Shown one piece after another: positions 28,615 to 34,659 of a stretch of DNA of 34,659 bases. Numbering within the stretch: the stretch's first letter is position 1; every line of letters starts with the position of its first letter. The notes beneath the pieces were generated by a model. It saw only the letters and a program-made list of their open reading frames with translations. It had not been told where the DNA came from and searched no databases. Made by a program: the position numbers and the translations under genes. The stretch is from the IMG/VR virus record IMGVR_UViG_3300016474_000648, positions 1-34,659 of that record; one strand, given 5' to 3'. The DNA comes from a virus (taxonomy: Duplodnaviria > Caudoviricetes).

Positions 28615-28738
28615 TGGTCAAGGCAGGATTCGAACCTGCACGGGCTGCCATTATAGTGACCTGGATGTGTACACATACCTTTTTTTACCCACAGTGCTAT
28701 AACCATCTGTCGCGTCTTACCAATTCCGCCACTTGACC
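28615..28738 (-). ncRNA. 124-nt tRNA-like RNA, Leu-type body with aberrant anticodon/variable region
   Basis: GGTCAAG/CTTGACC+A acceptor, TGGCGGAATTGGTAAGACGC D arm, GCAGG-TTCGAAT-CCTGC T arm, ~70 nt between D and T arms. Confidence 0.75.
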
Positions 28739-28742
28739 TAAA

Positions 28743-28934
28743 TTAATCTTTTAGATTATCGTACTTACAGCATGTCAAATAATAATCAATAATGTTCTCT
28801 TTAGAAACATTAATTCCTTTATGTAATGTTCTAGAAACTACCACCCACAACTCATTTATGTGGGCGGTAATTGGTTCTAGATTCAGCTCTTTACTTATTA
28901 GCTGATGTAATTCTTGTTTACTATTAAGCTGCAT
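28743..28934 (-). CDS. hypothetical protein (probable start 28934, MQLNSK...)
   Basis: Fills the gap between DUF932 and the tRNA-like gene; short overlap with the upstream stop. Confidence 0.5.
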   Translation of the reverse strand: MQLNSKQELHQLISKELNLEPITAHINELWVVVSRTLHKGINVSKENIIDYYLTCCKYDNLKD

Positions 28935-29724
28935 ATTCAACTGCAAGTTCATATAGTTTAGCATTCAAATCAAGGTCCTGACGGAAGTTTTTAATTTTTC
29001 TTGCTTTACGCAACTTAGTACCTGATGTATATTCAAACATACCATGTACTAGTTTCTCTTGAACTACATTAAACACACTCCACAAATCATTACCATTATC
29101 TTCAGGACGAGTTGGTGTAACCAAATCATTAAAATCAATTGTAATGTTTTCTAGTTGTTCAACTCCAAATCGAATTGCAGCTGCTTTTTTAGCAAATTCT
29201 TCAATTTGTTCTTTGCGGAGTTTCTTTTTCTTAAATTGATTCATTGATTCAACTGTCAGTGGAAGTTTTTCAACCATTGTACCAATAACATTCTTCAATT
29301 CTTCAAAATCATATCCGTAGTGACGAATCTTAAGATTTTCAAATTCCTTAGAACAAATAACCAAACCATTCTCACACACCATACGGAACAAACCAGCTGT
29401 GAAAGTAAATGCGTTTTTACCATCATGGCTATTAGTCAATAGAATCTGTGGGTAAGCATGATCACCATCTTCTCCATTAATGACAATGTCATTATTACGG
29501 AACACAACTAGGTGTTTTTGATAACCATCACCTTTACGGGCGCGTACTTCTTTTGCATCAACTACTCCCCAACCTAGCTTTTCCATATCCTGAATGATTT
29601 GGAAGGTTGAAATGTGAGCGTATTTTTCACTAGTGCCTGGAGCACCTTTAGCTGTGAAGATTGATTTTGCTTTGTCTTTGATTTCTGACTCTGTCAAAAA
29701 TGTGTTGCTTTCAATGTTTAACAT
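28924..29724 (-). CDS. DUF932/DUF945 family protein
   Basis: ILLTNSHDGKNAFTFTAGLFRMVCENGLV, RPED.GNDLWSVFNVVQEKL. Confidence 0.85.
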   Translation of the reverse strand: MLNIESNTFLTESEIKDKAKSIFTAKGAPGTSEKYAHISTFQIIQDMEKLGWGVVDAKEVRARKGDGYQKHLVVFRNNDIVINGEDGDHAYPQILLTNSHDGKNAFTFTAGLFRMVCENGLVICSKEFENLKIRHYGYDFEELKNVIGTMVEKLPLTVESMNQFKKKKLRKEQIEEFAKKAAAIRFGVEQLENITIDFNDLVTPTRPEDNGNDLWSVFNVVQEKLVHGMFEYTSGTKLRKARKIKNFRQDLDLNAKLYELAVEYAA

Positions 29725-29759
29725 AACCTTTATTATTTATTTAATTATTAATTTATATC

Positions 29760-29791
29760 TGAATATAACATCCTTTTCCTGTGAAGCCAAG
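29760..29791 (-). promoter_or_regulatory. early-type promoter repeat copy A
   Basis: CTTG-N20-TATATTCA. Confidence 0.8.
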
Positions 29792-29798
29792 CCTCCTG

Positions 29799-30110
29799 TT
29801 AAAGACTTTCAATCAAGTAACAGATTCGTTGAATAGTATCATGTTTTTTCATACGGATATCCATTCTGTACGGTTCTAAATCCAATGTTTTGTCCATTTG
29901 TTTTACTTGAATTGCCATGAATTTCAACTTTTCTGTAGTAGTTCCTTCAATTTCACCCTCCAAAATCATATCAGGGAATATAATGTTTGGTTTTTCTGTT
30001 GCTTTTCTACCACGTTTCTTTGGTTCTGTTGTAGTAGTTGTGTTCAATTGAATTTCTACTTCTTTTACTTTACCCGTTCCTGGTGGGCGACCTCGACGTT
30101 TTTGTTCCAT
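29799..30110 (-). CDS. small basic protein with AT-hook-like motifs
   Basis: KRRGRPPG and PKKRGRK. Confidence 0.65.
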   Translation of the reverse strand: MEQKRRGRPPGTGKVKEVEIQLNTTTTTEPKKRGRKATEKPNIIFPDMILEGEIEGTTTEKLKFMAIQVKQMDKTLDLEPYRMDIRMKKHDTIQRICYLIESL

Positions 30111-30129
30111 AACCTTTATTTGTGTTTAA

Positions 30130-30294
30130 TTATATAATAAATGCTGCTGTTAGAATCCAATAGAAGATGATTTGAATAGCATACCAAATACCTTGAGATT
30201 TAAGTGACAAATCTTCACCTTTCTTTTTGGCATCAATGCGTACATGTGATACTGCGCAATATGCCATCCAAATAAATGCTGCTGTTGTTACCAT
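30130..30294 (-). CDS. 54-aa two-TM membrane protein (not in ORF track)
   Basis: MVTTAAFIWMAYCAVSHVRIDAKKKGEDLSLKSQGIWYAIQIIFYWILTAAFII*, directly behind promoter copy B. Confidence 0.7.
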   Translation of the reverse strand: MVTTAAFIWMAYCAVSHVRIDAKKKGEDLSLKSQGIWYAIQIIFYWILTAAFII

Positions 30295-30316
30295 GTTCTA
30301 ATTATTTAATTATGAC

Positions 30317-30348
30317 TAAATATAACATCCCTTTCCTGTGAAGCCAAG
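30317..30348 (-). promoter_or_regulatory. early-type promoter repeat copy B
   Basis: CTTG-N20-TATATTTA. Confidence 0.8.
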
Positions 30349-30392
30349 CAAGAGGTAAGGGAAGTGTGGAAGATCCACTAGAACGTTGAAAA

Positions 30393-31262
30393 TTAAACAG
30401 GTATGACGTCTAAATCCTTAGTAACTATGAACAGCACATTGCTAGCTTTCACCAGGATAGCCTCAGGTTTAGCATTAGCTACTACATCATGATAGATCAT
30501 TTTATCATCATTGATTACTTCTTCTAATGAGTTACTTTCACCTGCCATTGTATCAAATTCTTCACCCGATCCTTCATAAGTGTATATTCCATACTCTCCT
30601 TTACTTAATGATAAACCATCTAAATAATCTTGTAGTTTTATCATTTCAGGGGTAGGATTAGTACTAGCTACATAACTGACTATATCTTGTATTCCTATGA
30701 TTTTATCACTTTTAGCATCCTCAAGAGTTAGGGGGGCATAGAACCCACCTGTTTCTACCCCAAAGAAACCTCCAAGTTGAGTGGCTGGGTAGATTTTGTT
30801 TGTCCAAATGGCTCTTGAACCTTCATAAAGGATGTTATCAGAGAAAAGGTTACCATAGTGAACTAGAACCATGTAGTACATTAAAGCACCTAAACCTTTA
30901 CCTCTATAAAGTTTACCAATATATGTTAAAACAATTTGTCCTCCCTCTAATCCATAAGGTTTACCCTTTACATCTTCTACATCCACAGAACCAACAATAT
31001 ATTCTTTCCAAGTTTTAGCAGATGGTTTTACTAGATATTTAGTAGTACCTTCCACACCGGTAGGCTCTATGAGTCTATACTCTCCTACTTCAGATAACTC
31101 ATTATACTTCAATTTAGATTCATCCACAGGGCTATCATCACTAACCATTAAGTCAAAGTTATAAAAGAAACTTTCTTTTAATTCATTATCATTAACAAAG
31201 GCTTGTCCTAGATTTCCTTTACGTATATCTAGTTCTCGGAGTAAATCAGTTAGTTTTATCAT
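30393..31262 (-). CDS. GNAT-like acetyltransferase domain protein (probable start 31262, MIKLTDLLRE)
   Basis: YIGKLYRGKGLGALMY acetyl-CoA motif A, then LFSD....GSRAIW; ATATTTAT at 31267-31274, 4 nt before this ATG. Confidence 0.7.
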   Translation of the reverse strand: MIKLTDLLRELDIRKGNLGQAFVNDNELKESFFYNFDLMVSDDSPVDESKLKYNELSEVGEYRLIEPTGVEGTTKYLVKPSAKTWKEYIVGSVDVEDVKGKPYGLEGGQIVLTYIGKLYRGKGLGALMYYMVLVHYGNLFSDNILYEGSRAIWTNKIYPATQLGGFFGVETGGFYAPLTLEDAKSDKIIGIQDIVSYVASTNPTPEMIKLQDYLDGLSLSKGEYGIYTYEGSGEEFDTMAGESNSLEEVINDDKMIYHDVVANAKPEAILVKASNVLFIVTKDLDVIPV

Positions 31263-31284
31263 ACCAATAAATATTCTAATAGAC

Positions 31285-31320
31285 AAAAAAGAACCCCGAT
31301 GAGTAGCGAATTCATCGGGG
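31285..31320 (-). terminator. intrinsic terminator
   Basis: Minus strand CCCCGATGA-ATTCGCTAC-TCATCGGGG-TTCTTTTTT. Confidence 0.75.
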
Positions 31321-31361
31321 CCTAAGTAGCCTAAACTACAACGGTCCTAAGTCCGTTATCT

Positions 31362-31475
31362 TTAGTTCTCTAAAAGTGCTTTGAGAACTCTATCGTTTTC
31401 TTGTATTCTCTTAAAGTTTTTCTTTAAGTTAATTTTGTTTTTAGGTTTAGGTGTATCTTTTTTAGCTCTTCCCAT
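31362..31475 (-). CDS. 37-aa Lys-rich peptide (not in ORF track)
   Basis: MGRAKKDTPKPKNKINLKKNFKRIQENDRVLKALLEN*, preceded by ATATGTAT at 31493-31500. Confidence 0.6.
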   Translation of the reverse strand: MGRAKKDTPKPKNKINLKKNFKRIQENDRVLKALLEN

Positions 31476-31566
31476 GACTTATATTTTTATTGATACATAT
31501 CCAAAGAAAAAGGCCCCCACATGCGGACCCTTCACCCATACATTTTAATACGTATATACGAATATA

Positions 31567-32172
31567 CTAATATATGATTGGGTTACCTACTTGAAATATA
31601 GCGCCTATTTCTCGCACTTTATCAAATGCAGTTAGAGGGTCAATTTGGAAAAATTCCCTTGTATTGTTATGATCAGAAGGTACTCTTTTATCAGAGAAAT
31701 ATTTATGCACTTGTTGTTCAACTCTGTATGCATTACCTTTGGATACGGGAAGAGCAAATTTAGGAATCCATTCATGAACAGTGGCAGTAGCATTTATACC
31801 TCTGACTCTACCCTCTACAGTACGCTCTGTCATTCCTATTTTGACTAAGTCTGGATATCCTGGGTTGGTAAGAACATAGATATACTCAATGTTGTCTTTG
31901 GTGTGATGCTGAAAATCTATGTTTTCGAGTCCGTAAACAAAGTCCCATTCGTTTTCGGATAATGGGATTTCGATGATATACTTTGCTCTTACAAACGTGA
32001 GAAGCTTGCTTGTATCCACATGTCTAAACTTGGATCTAAGCGTGGAATAGTTGTTTTTCCACACTTGAGATTGTGGGTGATGACCTGTGCTGTTAGATGG
32101 GTCTAATATGGTTATCTCGCCTATACTTTCTAAGTGTAGGGCTTCATGGAGTGGAAGTTTATCTCTATACAT
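31567..32172 (-). CDS. T5orf172 / GIY-YIG-like domain protein (probable start 32172)
   Basis: YIYVLTNPGYPDLVKIGMTERTVEGRV, VEQQVH, REFF. Confidence 0.8.
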   Translation of the reverse strand: MYRDKLPLHEALHLESIGEITILDPSNSTGHHPQSQVWKNNYSTLRSKFRHVDTSKLLTFVRAKYIIEIPLSENEWDFVYGLENIDFQHHTKDNIEYIYVLTNPGYPDLVKIGMTERTVEGRVRGINATATVHEWIPKFALPVSKGNAYRVEQQVHKYFSDKRVPSDHNNTREFFQIDPLTAFDKVREIGAIFQVGNPIIY

Positions 32173-32444
32173 ATATACAAATATACTTATATACTTGGTT
32201 GATGCCAAAAGATCTTATAAAAGAGAAATTTTCGGTCTCACCATTTGTGGTGCAAAGGGGTATTTTGAAAATTGGGGTATGTTTGTGGGGAGTATATATG
32301 TATATACAATCGATGCGTAAAGATCGTATAAGATCTGAAAAGTACTCATTCACGCAGGAAGATCAAGTATCCGGTTATATGGACCATAACGCGCATGGGA
32401 GCGTAATATACACATACCGTATATGTACGTACCGTGTACTGCGG

Positions 32445-32708
32445 CTAAGCCGCAAGATTACTTTTTATCACCTTCACAAACTCATTTATCTTGTCAGCAT
32501 CGGTTTTACTTTCATCACACGCCCATTTTAAAACATCAGCGTAATGGGTTGAACGATGATAATCAATCATGTCATCATATGTTTTGAAGTTGGGTTTAGA
32601 AAACGTTACATATGAGCCATCAGCATCATCTGAAATTTGGTAACCGAGTGCTTCAACGAAAGCATAAACTGATTTGTTGATGTGTTTTTTCTGTTCTGTC
32701 TTTGTCAT
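32445..32708 (-). CDS. hypothetical early protein (probable start 32708)
   Basis: ATG directly after promoter copy C leader. Confidence 0.7.
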   Translation of the reverse strand: MTKTEQKKHINKSVYAFVEALGYQISDDADGSYVTFSKPNFKTYDDMIDYHRSTHYADVLKWACDESKTDADKINEFVKVIKSNLAA

Positions 32709-32767
32709 GTGTTTCAATTATTTAATTTATATCTGAATATAACATCTCTCTCCTGTGAAGCCAAACC

Positions 32768-32932
32768 TTAGACTATGTTATTGTCCTCTAAGGTATCAAT
32801 AGCTATTTTGATTACACCTTGTAGGTAACCAATAATCCAATCCTTACTATCACCATTCTTAAACATCATGTCTGTTTCTACGATTTGGTTCTTCAACATT
32901 CCAGCTAAAATTGCTTTGTTACTTTTGTTCAT
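32768..32932 (-). CDS. 54-aa hypothetical early protein (not in ORF track)
   Basis: MNKSNKAILAGMLKNQIVETDMMFKNGDSKDWIIGYLQGVIKIAIDTLEDNNIV*, exactly fills the space between repeat copies D and C. Confidence 0.75.
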   Translation of the reverse strand: MNKSNKAILAGMLKNQIVETDMMFKNGDSKDWIIGYLQGVIKIAIDTLEDNNIV

Positions 32933-32995
32933 GTGTTACTTATTTTTAATTATGACTAAATATAACATCAGGGCCGGGCGAGGCCAAACAGGAGG

Positions 32996-33181
32996 TTAAT
33001 CACGATAACGTTGAGCGTATCGTTTTATTACCTCACTGCACTCATCTAAAGTCAAGCTATCAGCTAATCTGATCACCTCATCAGCAGTTTCATGATCACA
33101 TTCACCATAGGCATTGATCATGTTGTTGCACTGGATTTGTAAATCAATCACTTTGTTAATCAAATCTTCTCTCATGTTCAT
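32996..33181 (-). CDS. hypothetical early protein
   Basis: Between repeat copies E and D. Confidence 0.75.
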   Translation of the reverse strand: MNMREDLINKVIDLQIQCNNMINAYGECDHETADEVIRLADSLTLDECSEVIKRYAQRYRD

Positions 33182-33235
33182 GTGTTTTTAATTATACCTG
33201 AATATAACATCCCTCTCCCGCGAGGCCAAACAGAA

Positions 33236-33251
33236 GGGCACCTAGGTGCCC
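33236..33251 (-). terminator. perfect 16-bp palindrome, probable terminator hairpin
   Basis: GGGCACCTAGGTGCCC followed on the minus strand by TTCTGTTT. Confidence 0.55.
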
Positions 33252-33284
33252 AAACTGCTCATAATTAAAAATAACACATACACA

Positions 33285-33716
33285 CTATACTTTCTTCATA
33301 AACATAATCACATTTGTTGCTTCATCATAAACTGAATCATCATCTGTCTCAAATGCATCTTCTATGCTGGAATTGATTTCACTATAGATGCTATCTTCAT
33401 CAATGTTTATATCTATAGTCTTACCATACAAATCAAGATCAATATACGATTCTATATCTACACCTGATCCTTTAACTGCTTCTTTAGCCGCTTCTAATGC
33501 TCGTTCTTGAATTGCTCGAGTATATTCAATCAATGAATCCTTTGTGAACGCGGCTGCTACTATACCTGTATTCAGCTCTTGTTTATTAGTGACCAATTGT
33601 TTGATCATTTGGTCTCGCATCCCTACTTGGTTGATGATCCATTCCATCATCTCACCATCCATTTCTACTTCTTTTAATACCGCTACAACTACGTTTGCAA
33701 TGTTTTGATTTGTCAT
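33285..33716 (-). CDS. acidic hypothetical early protein
   Basis: 143 aa, D/E-rich C-terminal half; behind repeat copy F. Confidence 0.75.
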   Translation of the reverse strand: MTNQNIANVVVAVLKEVEMDGEMMEWIINQVGMRDQMIKQLVTNKQELNTGIVAAAFTKDSLIEYTRAIQERALEAAKEAVKGSGVDIESYIDLDLYGKTIDINIDEDSIYSEINSSIEDAFETDDDSVYDEATNVIMFMKKV

Positions 33717-33775
33717 GTGTTTATATTTTTTAATTTATATCTGAATATAACATCCCTTCCCTGTGAAGCCAAACC

Positions 33776-34021
33776 TTAGTTTAGAATGAATTTATTTTTC
33801 TGAATGAATGCTCTAGCTGCTTTTAGGGCTTGTTGGCATGTGTTTCTATGACCTACTAGTATCATCATGTCAGCTACAATTTCATCCGCTTCAGCAGGTG
33901 GTAGTGGTTGATCCAACTCCATACTGCACAGCTGAATTGCTTCATCTGCTTCCTGAATGCCTTCTTTTGCAAGTTCAATTACCTGCTTTGCTTCGATCAT
34001 CATTATGATATTCATGTTCAT
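33776..34021 (-). CDS. hypothetical early protein (helical hairpin)
   Basis: Behind repeat copy G. Confidence 0.75.
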   Translation of the reverse strand: MNMNIIMMIEAKQVIELAKEGIQEADEAIQLCSMELDQPLPPAEADEIVADMMILVGHRNTCQQALKAARAFIQKNKFILN

Positions 34022-34076
34022 GTTTTTTAATTATGACTAAATATAACATCAAGACCCTGTGAGGCCAAACAAGTGG

Positions 34077-34322
34077 TTAGATCCACATATCATAAGCATA
34101 CATCTCATGTGTCTTAATATCTGCGGTTATAACCAAACCATCACCACAAATTTCTTGTAGTTCTTTAATCCCTACACTTGTGAAAACATAAGAACCCCAT
34201 TCATCATTTCTCTTGGCTACTACCCTACTAGTCAACCCAAGTGGATGAGGCATATATACTGGTTTGAAGTTTTTTGATTTACGAATTGCTGAAACGTACT
34301 TGTGAAAAGAATTCATTGCCAT
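34077..34322 (-). CDS. hypothetical early protein
   Basis: Behind repeat copy H. Confidence 0.75.
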   Translation of the reverse strand: MAMNSFHKYVSAIRKSKNFKPVYMPHPLGLTSRVVAKRNDEWGSYVFTSVGIKELQEICGDGLVITADIKTHEMYAYDMWI

Positions 34323-34386
34323 GTTGTTATCGTTTTTTAATTATGACTAAATATAACATCTCTCTCCCACAAAGCCAAACAAGAGG

Positions 34387-34578
34387 TTAAAGTTGTTTTT
34401 TAAGACGCTTTAGCTTTGCTCTTAGTTTTTTCTTCTCCTCCCTCCTAACACGTGGTCCATGATCATACGGGGTGAAACCTTCTGGGTAGGCCCAAGCGCT
34501 GATCCACTTTGTTTTATCGGTGTTGAGAAACTCAATTCGTTCCTCTATTGCCTTAATCTGTTTTTCTATTTCACTCAT
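34387..34578 (-). CDS. hypothetical basic early protein
   Basis: Behind repeat copy I. Confidence 0.75.
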   Translation of the reverse strand: MSEIEKQIKAIEERIEFLNTDKTKWISAWAYPEGFTPYDHGPRVRREEKKKLRAKLKRLKKQL

Positions 34579-34633
34579 ATGCTTTTAATTATATCTGAAT
34601 ATAACATCTTCATCTTGGGAGGCCAAACAGAGG

Positions 34634-34651
34634 GGGTCCATTTCTGGACCC
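34634..34651 (-). terminator. GAAA-tetraloop hairpin, probable terminator just upstream of promoter copy I
   Basis: Minus strand GGGTCCA-GAAA-TGGACCC then CCTCTGTTT. Confidence 0.5.
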
Positions 34652-34659
34652 TTCCTCTT

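Larger units (their letters stand above)
32734..34627 (-). repeat. seven dispersed copies (C-I) of the early-type promoter repeat, one per gene
   Basis: TTTG-N20-TATATTYA at 32734-65, 32957-88, 33199-230, 33742-73, 34038-69, 34348-79, 34596-627; conserved TTTGGC and GATGTTATATT. Confidence 0.9.

Noticed and set aside
28615-28738. tmRNA, YrlA Y RNA or self-splicing intron-containing tRNA
   Set aside because: Too short for tmRNA and it has a full D stem; not circularly permuted like YrlA; the insert is far too small for a group I or II intron.
1123-31848. Short plus-strand ORFs (e.g. 1123..1335, 3751..4071, 21383..21727, 29898..30137) and nested minus-strand ORFs 11816..12004 and 19340..19528
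   Set aside because: They are antisense or out-of-frame shadows of well-supported genes, with no motifs or initiation context.
32257-32290. G-quadruplex
   Set aside because: Only three G4 tracts, with long loops.
32087-32531. Coding potential of ORFs 32087..32320, 32097..32531 and 32165..32353
   Set aside because: Low-complexity Tyr/Ile-rich translations from TATA runs, overlapping real genes; treated as non-coding.
29760-34627. CRISPR array or integron attC array
   Set aside because: The repeats are degenerate, separated by whole genes of variable length, match a promoter consensus and lack attC palindromic structure. No cas or integrase genes are present.
1-34659. Stop-codon reassignment (alternative genetic code)
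   Set aside because: Standard-code ORFs tile the minus strand densely, and TAA, TGA and TAG all end genes at sensible junctions. No suppressor tRNA is visible.

Overview
AT-rich segment of a large tailed dsDNA phage (myovirus-type baseplate), standard genetic code, with essentially every real gene on the minus strand. In transcription order (right to left): (1) an array of small early-type genes, each behind its own copy of a ~45-55 bp promoter repeat (TTGGC...GATGTTATATTYAG; 4-nt -33 element, 20-nt spacer, -7 element) that fits the Bacteroidota sigma-A consensus; (2) a T5orf172 nuclease, a GNAT-like protein, DUF932 and a tRNA cluster (Ile2/Met-CAU, Arg-UCU, a 124-nt Leu-like tRNA-like RNA, extra hairpins); (3) an HD hydrolase and a gp55-like sigma factor; (4) a ~16 kb baseplate module (spike, lysozyme-domain protein, gp25, gp6 wedge, three paralogous wedge/fibre-attachment proteins); (5) GIY-YIG nuclease, primase and PD-(D/E)xK exonuclease; (6) a kinase / nucleotidyltransferase multidomain protein / HAD phosphatase trio, a holin-like and a ferritin-like gene. 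Best leads: unrelated enzymes sharing the N-terminal peptide MIKLTD(I/L)L(K/R)E plus a multidomain protein with (L/I)xE sites at its domain borders (a candidate capsid-packaged, protease-processed enzyme cargo); the aberrant tRNA-like RNA; and a 3'UTR element antisense to the shared early-gene leader. All family calls come from motif recognition by eye; no searches were run.
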